A DNA stretch of 63,866 bases, filler included, from Octopus bimaculoides (taxonomy: Eukaryota): assembly GCF_001194135.2 (NCBI RefSeq). It is 6 parts of 6 records of this genome, joined end to end, with 100 filler letters (N's around TTAATTAATTAA, not from the genome) between each part and the next. Parts side by side here need not be neighbours in the genome. Positions count along the whole stretch, not along the records: positions 20,010 to 44,752 come from NC_069005.1; positions 44,853 to 50,164 come from NC_068996.1; positions 50,265 to 58,600 come from NC_068992.1; 3 more parts are not named here. One strand, 5' to 3'. The position numbers and the translations under genes were made by a program. The notes beneath the pieces were generated by a model that was given only the letters and a program-made list of their open reading frames with translations, did no database searches and was not told the DNA's origin. Of the stretch, positions 42,531 to 53,831 are shown piece after piece. The first letter of the stretch is position 1. Every line of letters begins with the position of its first letter.

Positions 42531-42920
42531 CTTGAACCCTCCAGCTCTTCTTGAACCCTCCAGCTCATCTTGAATTCTTCAGCTCATCTTGAACTCTCCA
42601 GCTCGTCTTGAACCCTCCAGCTCATCTCAAACCATCCAGCTTGTCTTGAACTCTCCAGCTCTTCTTGAACCCTCCAGCTCATCTTGAATTCTTCAGCTCA
42701 TCTTGAACCCTCCAGCTCGTCTTGAACCCTCCAGCTCATCTCGAACCATCCAGCTCATCTTGAACCCTCCAGCTCATCTTGAATTCTCCAGCTCGTCTTG
42801 AACCCTCCAGCTCGTCTTGAACTCTCCAGCTCATCTTGAACCCTCCAGCTCGTCTTGAACCCTCCACCTTTTCTTCTTAAACCCTCCACCTTTTCTTCTT
42901 AAACCCTCCACCTTTTCTCG
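42531..42920. repeat. 19-bp minisatellite (about 17 units of cttgaaccctccagctc[a/g]t) ending in three 22-bp variant units
   Basis: Read directly unit by unit. Confidence 0.9.
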
Positions 42921-43804
42921 AATCCTCTGGCTCTTCTTTGACCCTTTGTTCTTCTTTAACTCTTCTGATTATCTTTGACTCTCCAGTTCTTCTTTCACCT
43001 ATTACCCTCTGGCTCTTCCTATTTCCCTCTGGTTCCTAATTCACTCCCTAACTCTTTGTCAACCCTCTGGCTCTTTGATATTCTGGCTTCTTGATCTTCA
43101 AATTCTTCTTGCTGCTTTTCTCTTTCTCTTTTCCTCTTCTGTTTTCTCCTTTCTTATATTTGCCCTTCTCTTATTTTATTCTCCTTCAACCATTCAAAAC
43201 CAGTTTTGTGTTCCGATTGTTCGACTATCTATTTCCTTCTCTTACTTTCCTCCCCTTTCCTTTAGCCCCCTCTTCCACCTCTCTTCCTCTTCACATTTCT
43301 ATATGAGCTATTGTTTCTGTTTTGTCAGTTTGACTTCTGTTTTGTAAACATGTTGTCTAACTGTTTGCCTACATATATTATTATCATGGTAACTTTATTG
43401 TATTTTTTGACATTTATTTGGTTATGCATTCATTAATTCATTTACTCACTCATTCCCTACAGCTTCCAGATTATTTTAAAATTTATTCTTCACTGAAACC
43501 AAACATTGATTTCAACTGTGTTCTCTAATAAAGTCCTCACCTAGCAAGAAAAATTTATAAGTTTGGTGAATTTGGACACAAACTGTATTTCATGTTTGTA
43601 AAAATAAATTAATAAATAAAAATACAAGGTAGAAAGACAACCTTAATATTAGAGAGTACTTGAATACTTCTAAGTTTCTGTGATGGAATATGGTGAAAAT
43701 AATTCTAGACTTACTGTGCATCTACACGTGTTACTGTTAATTTATAAATTAACTTCTTTCAATGGTATTTAAAGGATAAATGCTATTATAACAACACTGC
43801 TTAC

Positions 43805-44028
43805 TTAGCACTGGTGTTGGTGTCATGTTAAAAGCACTGATGATAGTGACATGTGAAAACCCCCCACTATACTCTGTAAAGTGGTTGGCCTTAAGAAGGG
43901 CATCCAGCTGTATAAACGAAGCCAAAAACAAACTATGGAACTTGGTGCAGCCTCTGGCCTTGCCATCTCCTGCTAGCCATCCAACCCATACCAGCATGGA
44001 AAATGGATGTTAAACGACGATGATGACT
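43805..44028 (+). mobile_element. Older RTE 3'-end copy with a (GAT)n tail
   Basis: gtggttggccttaagaagggcatccagctgta...atggaaaatggatgttaaacgacgatgatg. Related decayed copies lie near 23930-24110 (+), 32322-32460 (-), 36150-36310 (+) and 48540-48620 (-). Confidence 0.7.
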
Positions 44029-44029
44029 T

Positions 44030-44420
44030 AGCTTTAGTCCTCTTGCACTGTTCACTGCATTGGGCAGCGAGCTTTCTCCACTGGGTTCAGTTGGCCGCTA
44101 CTCTTGTCTATTCCTTGTAATATCAACCATCTTCAAGTCATTTTGAAATGCCTGCTGCCAAATGATCTTTGGCCTGCTGATTGGTGGTACTCAAGTCATG
44201 GCTGTTTTTAAGTGCCTTTGATTGACTATACAAAAAAATGTGGCCAGCCAGGTGGAATTTGAATTCTCTTGTAATGGTAATAACTTCACTCTTCTCAGAA
44301 TCTCTTCATTTGTGACATGCTCCCACTAGTTGACCCTTAAGATCTTTCTTTTTAATCATTATGAGCCAATCAACAGCCCTCTACTCCTAACCATTCCACT
44401 CCATTCCATCCCAGCACATC
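44030..44420 (-). mobile_element. Decayed LINE ORF2 C-terminal remnant (RTE-like)
   Basis: The minus strand reads HLKTAMT*VPPISRPKIIWQQAF, resembling the RTE KTALTW.P.G.R.RGRPK..W motif. Confidence 0.45.
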
Positions 44421-44752
44421 TGATACTGTACTGAAACTCTTTTTTTCTCCACTTTCAAATGGAATACAATCATTGGTTTCAGTTTGGATCAAGAACATCA
44501 AAAGCTCACCTTCGATTTTTTTTCTTTTGTTTTTTCTTTCTCTTCACTTTTCACTTTTTTATTTGAGGCAATCTCTCTCTCTCCATATATACACATATAC
44601 ACATACATACATACATACATACATACATACATACATACATACATACATACGCTTGCTTCTTTCAATATGTTTTTATGTTCACGTTTATTAATGCTTTGTT
44701 TTTCAGCTTTTCCCTATTCCTTTCTCCTCAAGTAAAACATTCATATATATAT

Positions 44753-44852
44753 NNNNNNNNNNNNNNNNNNNNNNNNNNNNNNNNNNNNNNNNNNNNTTAA
44801 TTAATTAANNNNNNNNNNNNNNNNNNNNNNNNNNNNNNNNNNNNNNNNNNNN
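44753..44852. other. Artificial 100-nt contig spacer
   Basis: 44 N + TTAATTAATTAA (44797-44808) + 44 N. Confidence 0.95.
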
Positions 44853-45057
44853 GCCGTTTTCGTGCGGGTGACACGTAAAAGCACCCACTACACTCTCTGA
44901 GTGGTTGGCGTTAGGAAGGGCATCCAGCTGTAGAAACTCTGCCAAATCGGACTGGAGCCTGGTGTTGCCATCCGGTTTCACCAGTCCTCAGTCAAATCGT
45001 CCAACCCATGCTAGCATGGAAAGCGGACGTTAAACGATGATGATGATGATGATGATG
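44853..45057 (+). mobile_element. Second young copy of the same RTE LINE 3' end
   Basis: Nearly identical to 47321-47525 (a handful of substitutions) with the same (GAT)n tail. Confidence 0.85.
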
Positions 45058-45903
45058 AGCCGCCACTGATTGTAATTGATAGGGCATGTCCATTTGACAT
45101 CAGAAAAAAAGAAAAAGTAAAGTATTATACCAATTTGAAGTATGAAATACTCAAATGATACTGCTGTTTATTACTAGGAACTTAAGAATTACGACAAAAA
45201 AATTTGGCAGTAGGTTCCTCATCTGGAATGTCAAATGCCAGTAATAACTTGGTGTGTTCAGGTACCAGCCCAGGCTCCTGCTGCTTGTTAGGCTGAGAAA
45301 AGGAAACTTTTGAAGTATCAGTTGCTCTGTGACAGGTTTATTGTTGAGCCTGTGACAGTGGAGACTTCCTGAATTCTTGACCCCCAGACCATATCCCTAC
45401 TCACTGTTATTGGAGCAGAGATGGCTATCCACAAGTGTCAGCCTCATGAGTTGGAGTGGCTGTTCCAGCGCATCTCCCTCAACAGCCTCTGGGACAATGC
45501 CTTTTCCATTTTGTCTACTGGAACCATAAGGCAGTTTGAATTATGGGAAATCAAGAGAATATAAGAATTTCATAGTTTATTAGACAAAGTAAAGAAGAAA
45601 AACTTGAAAATAAATACATAGGATATAATGGCTTACAATATTCATTCCGATCCCCAACACTAAACTCTCACATTGGGTTAATTTTTATAACATATCTACT
45701 ACTAAATTCAGCGGAAATATTTGGAAGAAAAAGTCTTCATAAGCGCAGGCGTGGCTATGTGGTAAGAAGCTTGCTTCCCAATCGAATGGTTCTGGGTTCG
45801 GTCCCACTGCATGGTTCCTTGGGCAAGTGTCTTCTACTATAGCCTTGGGCCGAACAATGCCTTGTCAGTGGATTTGGTCAACAGAAACTGAAAGAAGCCC
45901 ATC

Positions 45904-45941
<38 letters not shown>

Positions 45942-45943
<2 letters not shown>

Positions 45944-47525
45944 AATAAGTAGGAAGGTAGATAAAACACAAACCCCTTCAGGTAGATGGCCCTGCTCAGT
46001 ATGCAGTAAAGGAGTAGGTAGTAACTCTATAAGATGTACCCGGTGCAAGCTATGGACACATAAGAGGTGCAGCAATATCAAAGGCAGATTAACTACAAAG
46101 TTATTCTTTGTATGTGGCAGATGTTCAGGTGCAATAAAGACTGTGAACAAACAGGAAACAACTTCTATCTCATTCCAGGGAGAAAAACTAGAGGTAGTTG
46201 ATAGCTTCCGCTATCTGGGTGACCAAGTTAGTAGTGGGGGTGGGTGCGCTGAAAGTGTAACTNNNNNNNNNNNNNNNNNNNNNNNNNNNNNNNNNNNNNN
46301 NNNNNNNNNNNNNNNNNNNNNNNNNNNNNNNNNNNNNNNNNNNNNNNNNNNNNNNNNNNNNNNNNNNNNNNNNNNNNNNNNNNNNNNNNNNNNNNNNNNN
46401 NNNNNNNNNNNNNNNNNNNNNNNNNNNNNNNNNNNNNNNNNNNNNNNNNNNNNNNNNNNNNNNNNNNNNNNNNNNNNNNNNNNNNNNNNNNNNNNNNNNN
46501 NNNNNNNNNNNNNNNNNNNNNNNNNNNNNNNNNNNNNNNNNNNNNNNNNNNNNNNNNNNNNNNNNNNNNNNNNNNNNNNNNNNNNNNNNNNNNNNNNNNN
46601 NNNNNNNNNNNNNNNNNNNNNNNNNNNNNNNNNNNNNNNNNNNNNNNNNNNNNNNNNNNNNNNNNNNNNNNNNNNNNNNNNNNNNNNNNNNNNNNNNNNN
46701 NNNNNNNNNNNNNNNNNNNNNNNNNNNNNNNNNNNNNNNNNNNNNNNNNNNNNNNNNNNNNNNNNNNNNNNNNNNNNNNNNNNNNNNNNNNNNNNNNNNN
46801 NNNNNNNNNNNNNNNNNNNNNNNNNNNNNNNNNNNNNNNNNNNNNNNNNNNNNNNNNNNNNNNNNNNNNNNNNNNNNNNNNNNNNNNNNNNNNNNNNNNN
46901 NNNNNNNNNNNNNNNNNNNNNNNNNNNNNNNNNNNNNNNNNNNNNNNNNNNNNNNNNNNNNNNNNNNNNNNNNNNNNNNNNNNNNNNNNNNNNNNNNNNN
47001 NNNNNNNNNNNNNNNNNNNNNNNNNNNNNNNNNNNNNNNNNNNNNNNNNNNNNNNNNNNNNNNNNNNNNNNNNNNNNNNNNNNNNNNNNNNNNNNNNNNN
47101 NNNNNNNNNNNNNNNNNNNNNNNNNNNNNNNNNNNNNNNNNNNNNNNNNNNNNNNNNNNNNNNNNNNNNNNNNNNNNNNNNNNNNNNNNNNNNNNNNNNN
47201 NNNNNNNNNNNNNNNNNNNNNNNNNNNNNNNNNNNNNNNNNNTTTCGAGCGAGATCGTTGCCAGTGCCCCTGGACTGGCTCTTGTGCGGGTGGCACATAA
47301 AAGACACCATTTCGAGCGTGGCCGTTTTCGTGCGGGTGACACGTAAAAGCACCCACTACACTCTCTGAGTGGTTGGCGTTAGGAAGGGCATCCAGCTGTA
47401 GAAACTCTGCCAAATTAGATTGGAGCCTGGTGTAGCCATCCGGTTGCACCAGTCCTCAGTCAAATTGTCCAACCCATGCTAGCATGGAAAGCGGACGTTA
47501 AACGATGATGATGACGATGATGATG
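45942..47525 (+). mobile_element. RTE-clade LINE, 5'-truncated and spanning a gap, with a (GAT)n tail
   Basis: The frame 45942-46262 is open for 107 codons and ends EKLEVVDSFRYLGDQVSSGGGCAESV (RT subdomain 7 pattern). After the gap, a 3' UTR ends cggacgttaaacgatgatgatg. Confidence 0.85.
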
Positions 47526-48001
47526 ATATACACTAAAACAATTATTAAATAGTGCAATGCAAAAGTATTGCTCTCCAGTAAAACAAAGCACCATATGGTT
47601 AAAGTATAAATATAGAACAGCGGTATAGCAATGCACCAATATTTACTGGAAATGACAGTCGATAATATATGATGCTATAATAAAGCTTCACCGTGTACAT
47701 ACTGGTAAAGATGTTTGCGGGCGGCAAACATGAAAAAATTTCATCTTACCTCTAAGAAGAACATTAGATAAGTGTAGAACCCAGATGTGGATAATCTAGG
47801 ACATAAGTTTCGAACTCTCCAAAATATGTTTGTTAATGTAAATTTGATTAGTTCTCTTCAGCTAGACTTACCAGACAAAATTTTGAATGTTGCCACATCA
47901 GTGCCAGTATACTCGCCTAAATGCCTAAGCCGTTAACAGAATCAAGAACAGTTAAAAAGTATATATTTTCAGTAAATATTGGTGCATTGTTGTACCACTA
48001 T

Positions 48002-48049
<48 letters not shown>

Positions 48050-49029
48050 TCCTACCACCACCACTATTGCTTGACAACTGATGCAGGTGTATTTATGTGT
48101 TTACATCTCTGTAAATTAGCGGTTCAGCAAAAAAGACTGACAGAATAAGTACTAGGCCTACAAAGAATAAGTCCTGGGGTTGATTTGTTCGACTAAAGGT
48201 TGTGCTCCAGCATGGCCACCGTTAAATGACTTAAACGTAATACAAAAGTATAAACAGACATGAAGAGCAGAACAAAACTTTTATATATAGAAGGTACAAA
48301 ATGCTTCTCATTCTTGACTACGAGTTGTGGTTTGATAGGACACATTGTTAAAGTAGGTATAATGTTAATACCATGAAGCAACAGAATGTAACTATAATAA
48401 TTGTTTCTTATTTAGGAATAAAACTAGCAATTGTGAGTGGTGGGGGGTAGCTGCTTACATCTACATCTGTATACCATACTAACACACATTCAATGATTCA
48501 ACAAGGTCTAAGGCAGTTTATATTGCAAAGAAGTCTCACTTTGACATGGTTTCTAAGGCTGGGTGCCCTTCCTAACACCAACCACTTTGCAGAATGTACT
48601 GCATACACTTTTCATGGCACCAACACTAGAGAAGATTGCTTTGTCCCTGCCAAGATTAAAGGGTCAACTTAATCCTTATGTCTCCATTTACTTATCCACC
48701 AATTTACAGGGTGGTTGATTAGTAAATGAAATTTACTAATTACCCTGTAAGATACGAGAGTCCTTGCCAGCTGAGGACCAGAATAAATAAGAACAGCGCT
48801 GACAGAAGGAAAGCCAGGATGAATGGTAGAAGAGAATCAGAGAATCTTCTCTTTCAGTTCTTGAGAGTCTAATGATTATATGAGTTTCTCATTTCTTTAT
48901 ACAGTTCTTTGCATTTTTATTGAACTCTGAAAGATTTATTGTGCTAAAGAGATTGGGTAGTAGAGGGCAGACGAAGTGGTGCTCATTAATATGGCCTGTT
49001 TTTCTAATCCACTGGTGGTTAGGCCAGTC

Positions 49030-49145
49030 TGACCATCTGACCAAAGCATCTGATCAAAGCATCTGATCAAAGCAACCATCTGACCAAAGCAACCATCTGA
49101 CCAAAGCAACCATCTGACCAAAGCAACCAACTGACCAAAGCAACT
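49030..49145. repeat. Minisatellite of 13-bp (atctgaccaaagc) and 17-bp (atctgaccaaagcaacc) units
   Basis: About three 13-mers followed by about five 17-mers. Confidence 0.85.
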
Positions 49146-49803
49146 TTTGATCATCTCCTCCTTGAGTATCTTCTACCAAATCTATGGTGCTTCTGAGTCA
49201 GGAGCAAAGTCTTCAGTGGAGGAGATTCCCATGTCAGTTGGAGATGGGTCATTCGTAAGATTTTCCATCTAGAGTTGAAGGCTAGCTTTATTTCTCAACC
49301 TGTTGTTAGGGGCTGGACACGGTCAAGAAAATTGCTTCTTGACTTCAGTTATTGGGTCAAGGGGTTGGTGGTGTTCACTACTAGTAGCCTTTGTTATCTC
49401 AACTCAACTAGCCAATTCCAATCTGGTATCAGCAGGGCCAGTACCTGTGATCAAGAGTCAGCTGAAGGGATTGAGAGTGTAAAATTAAGAACAGATTTTA
49501 CTGGGGTCAGGGCAGGAGTTTTGTTTGTTTGTTTGTATGTATGTATGTATGTATGTAATGATACATATGTACATACATACATACATACATACACACACAT
49601 ACATACATACCTAAATACATACATACATATAAACATACATACATACATACATACATACATGCATACATACATACATACATGCATGCATGCATGCATACAT
49701 ACATACATACATACATATATACGTACATACATACATACATACATACATACATACATAAATAAGGAGTGGTGGTGGAATGTCCCAGTGAAAATCTCAATAG
49801 ATG

Positions 49804-50164
49804 TGTAGTGGCGCGTGTGGCCGCCATCTTGGGAAGTGCCATTGTGCATGTGCAAGGGACTTACCGTCAGCGGAAGTACCCGAGCACGCATGCGCAATGC
49901 AACAGGTGGAGAAAAAGCAATAGCATTCGATCTCTTATCTATCCAGCAGCTGTGGCGACAGGACGTTCTTTCAGGCTGTCCCAACTCGACCCCGACATGT
50001 GGTCAAAGCTTCCTTTGGTATTCTAGCGGCATGCCTGTTCACCCAGGAATGAAACGGCTCTACACCAACCTAGAATAAATTATTGATCTGTTGTTACCGT
50101 TATCCCTCGTATTGTTGTATTTCTGGATTTTAATGATTAATATAAGAACTGGGGAGAGACGACC
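49804..50164 (+). mobile_element. Probable second LTR, truncated by the spacer
   Basis: Starts TGTAG like the 60277 LTR, has CGGAAGT and CGCATGCGCA in the 5' part, and has AATAAA at 50074-50079 followed by T/GT-rich sequence. Its end is not visible. Confidence 0.45.
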
Positions 50165-50264
50165 NNNNNNNNNNNNNNNNNNNNNNNNNNNNNNNNNNNN
50201 NNNNNNNNTTAATTAATTAANNNNNNNNNNNNNNNNNNNNNNNNNNNNNNNNNNNNNNNNNNNN
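50165..50264. other. Artificial 100-nt contig spacer
   Basis: 44 N + TTAATTAATTAA (50209-50220) + 44 N. Confidence 0.95.
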
Positions 50265-50602
50265 TTCAGAGGACCTCAGCTCTTCAATGCCCTGCAAAAA
50301 CATTTGAGAGACCTGCAAGACACGGATGTGGAGGTCTTCAAGACGAAGCTCGACGCTTTCCTCTCCACGATACCAGACGAACCAATGGCTCGAAATGAGA
50401 CACAGTTTAGGGCAGCGATGTCAAATTCTCTTATACACCAGATGTGCTATCAAAGCTCTTGATTGGACTATATCAGGTGCAGGAGAAGAGCCACGCAAGG
50501 AACGTGAAGAGAGCACAGCATAGAGACGGAAAATCACGGTGGTGCTCCAGCATGACCACAGCCACTTGGCTGAAACCCATAAATAAATAAATAAATAAAT
50601 AA
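50265..50602 (+). mobile_element. 3' end of a CR1/L2-group LINE ORF2 plus 3' UTR and (AAAT)n tail
   Basis: The frame 50265-50462 is open: FRGPQLFNALQKHLRDLQDTDVEVFKTKLDAFLSTIPDEP...RAAMSNSLIHQ. This fits the GP.LFN.LP...FK..LD.FL..IPDEP C-terminus of these LINEs. Confidence 0.75.
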
Positions 50603-50734
50603 AGTATATATATATGTAATATAATATATAATATGATATGGTTTGATATTATATGATGTGATATGATATGATATGATATGATATAATATTTATCACTTGA
50701 CCCTACATCTCCTACACCACCCTTCTCACCGGCA

Positions 50735-51080
50735 CCCATCATCGACCCTATCATTTCACCGACTCCTTCACCTGCACTTCTTCCAATGTCATCTACTGCA
50801 TTTCCTGCTCTCTTTCTGCCCTTCTCTATACATCACGATAACGAGACGTCGCTTGACTGACCGGTTCGCGGAACACTTCCAAGACATCCGACTCGGCAAT
50901 GATACCCATGTCTCGCGCCATTTCCGCTCTACCGGTCATTCTTTGCAACACCTGTCTGTGTTTGGATTGTCCTTGCACAGGGGCCATCCGGACTTCCGTC
51001 TTCGCCGTGAACAGGGATTAATCTTCTCTTTTCGCTCCTTTGCGCCACATGGGCTCAACCCTCCTTCCCTCTTCATATAA
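50735..51080 (+). mobile_element. Penelope-like element GIY-YIG endonuclease remnant
   Basis: FTCTSSNVIYCISCSL/CPSLYI (frameshifted), then TRRRLTDRFAEHFQDIRLGNDTHVSRHFRSTGHS...RREQGLIFSFRSFAPHGLN, the pattern of PLE endonucleases. Confidence 0.85.
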
Positions 51081-53793
51081 CCCTCCTCCCTTCTCCTCTT
51101 TTCCTCTCACACCTACTTCCTCCAACCCACATCTCTCTTGTTTCGACTCCTACTTCTTCTCTTCACTCCTACTCACCTCTCTTCACTTCACTCCTATTCA
51201 CCTTCAATCCTATCCATCTTCGCTCCTGTCCCTCTTCCTCCTTTCTATTCATCGTCACCCTTCCCTCTTAATCCCACCCTACACGATCCAACCCCACTTT
51301 CCGTATCCATCCCACTTCACCTCCACCTTATCTCTTACACCCACTCCCACATACCCCTCTACTCCCTCTACACCCTCAGTCTGTCACACACCCCACCCTT
51401 GCTTCCCTCACTCTCGCCTACCTTACATCCCAACACCACCACACCACACTACTCCACACCCTACTACTCCACACCACACACCACCATACGATACACCACA
51501 ATACCACACAACACCACATCACGTCACACCACCACGCACACACTAGCACTGACCACTTCCCAGCCCCACATCATCATCGACACTCCTACACATGCACACA
51601 CGCACAGGCAAGGTCATCATCCCTCTTAAACACGCACATAATGCTCTTTTATACTCACACACGTGCACCTTCATTTTGAGATGACCANNNNNNNNNNNNN
51701 NNNNNNNNNNNNNNNNNNNNNNNNNNNNNNNNNNNNNNNNNNNNNNNNNNNNNNNNNNNNNNNNNNNNNNNNNNNNNNNNNNNNNNNNNNNNNNNNNNNN
51801 NNNNNNNNNNNNNNNNNNNNNNNNNNNNNNNNNNNNNNNNNNNNNNNNNNNNNNNNNNNNNNNNNNNNNNNNNNNNNNNNNNNNNNNNNNNNNNNNNNNN
51901 NNNNNNNNNNNNNNNNNNNNNNNNNNNNNNNNNNNNNNNNNNNNNNNNNNNNNNNNNNNNNNNNNNNNNNNNNNNNNNNNNNNNNNNNNNNNNNNNNNNN
52001 NNNNNNNNNNNNNNNNNNNNNNNNNNNNNNNNNNNNNNNNNNNNNNNNNNNNNNNNNNNNNNNNNNNNNNNNNNNNNNNNNNNNNNNNNNNNNNNNNNNN
52101 NNNNNNNNNNNNNNNNNTATATATATATATATATATGTACATATTCTGTATATTATATATATACATGCATACACACATAGCTATATGTTTGTATGTATGC
52201 ATACATACATAAATACGTACCTATCTATCTATCTGTCTGTTTCTGTGTCTCTCTGTCCATCTATAATTTAATATAGTAGCAGATACACGCGGCTTTGCTC
52301 GGGATTAAAATGGCATAGTTTTTTTATTGCTTAACTTGTTTGGGTCATGTGACTGTGGCAATGCGTGTGCGCCGCCTTCGAAGAGATCGATCCCTGTCTT
52401 TTGCCGAGCCACTAGGTTACAAGGGCGTAAACACACCAACATCGGTTGTCAAGCGATGGTGGGAGTAGAAACACACACACATACACAGACACACCCGCAC
52501 ACAAACACACACAAATATATATATACACATATATACAACAGTTGGCTTTCAGTTTCGTGTACGAAATCCATTCACACAGCGTTGGTCGGCCTGAGGCTGA
52601 AGTATGTATGTATGTATATATATATATATATACAATGTTAATTCTCTAAATGAAGTATATATATATANNNNNNNNNNNNNNNNNNNNNNNNNNNNNNNNN
52701 NNNNNNNNNNNNNNNNNNNNNNNNNNNNNNNNNNNNNNNNNNNNNNNNNNNNNNNNNNNNNNNNNNNNNNNNNNNNNNNNNNNNNNNNNNNNNNNNNNNN
52801 NNNNNNNNNNNNNNNNNNNNNNNNNNNNNNNNNNNNNNNNNNNNNNNNNNNNNNNNNNNNNNNNNNNNNNNNNNNNNNNNNNNNNNNNNNNNNNNNNNNN
52901 NNNNNNNNNNNNNNNNNNNNNNNNNNNNNNNNNNNNNNNNNNNNNNNNNNNNNNNNNNNNNNNNNNNNNNNNNNNNNNNNNNNNNNNNNNNNNNNNNNNN
53001 NNNNNNNNNNNNNNNNNNNNNNNNNNNNNNNNNNNNNNNNNNNNNNNNNNNNNNNNNNNNNNNNNNNNNNNNNNNNNNNNNNNNNNNNNNNNNNNNNNNN
53101 NNNNNNNNNNNNNNNNNNNNNNNNNNNNNNNNNNNNNNNNNNNNNNNNNNNNNNNNNNNNNNNNNNNNNNNNNNNNNNNNNNNNNNNNNNNNNNNNNNNN
53201 NNNNNNNNNNNNNNNNNNNNNNNNNNNNNNNNNNNNNNNNNNNNNNNNNNNNNNNNNNNNNNNNNNNNNNNNNNNNNNNNNNNNNNNNNNNNNNNNNNNN
53301 NNNNNNNNNNNNNNNNNNNNNNNNNNNNNNNNNNNNNNNNNNNNNNNNNNNNNNNNNNNNNNNNNNNNNNNNNNNNNNNNNNNNNNNNNNNNNNNNNNNN
53401 NNNNNNNNNNNNNNNNNNNNNNNNNNNNNGCCGAGCCACTAGGTTACAAGGGCGTAAACACACCAACATCGGTTGTCAAGCGATGGTGGGAGTAGAAACA
53501 CACACACATACACAGACACACCCGCACACAAACACACACAAATATATATATACACATATATACAACAGTTGGCTTTCAGTTTCGTGTACGAAATCCATTC
53601 ACACAGCGTTGGTCGGCCTGAGGCTGAAGTATGTATGTATGTATATATATATATATATACTATATATTATATATATTGTATATACATGCATACGCGTACA
53701 AATATGTTTGTATGCATATATACCTATCTATAGTGTATATATATAATATATAGTCTATAAGAAAATCAGCCAATTAATCAATACATGCACACA

Positions 53794-53831
<38 letters not shown>

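Noticed and set aside
42531-42920. 19-bp array as a CRISPR array or as a coding heptad repeat (DELEGSR)
   Set aside because: Units are contiguous with no unique spacers, there are no cas genes and the context is eukaryotic; 19 is not a multiple of three, so no frame is maintained.
49757-49827. MAATRATTHLLRFSLGHSTTTPYL as a mitochondrial presequence exon
   Set aside because: The apparent donor gtatgt is the first unit of a (TATG)n microsatellite, the next acceptor leads to stops in all frames, and the segment looks like an LTR. Kept only as an alternative in the findings.
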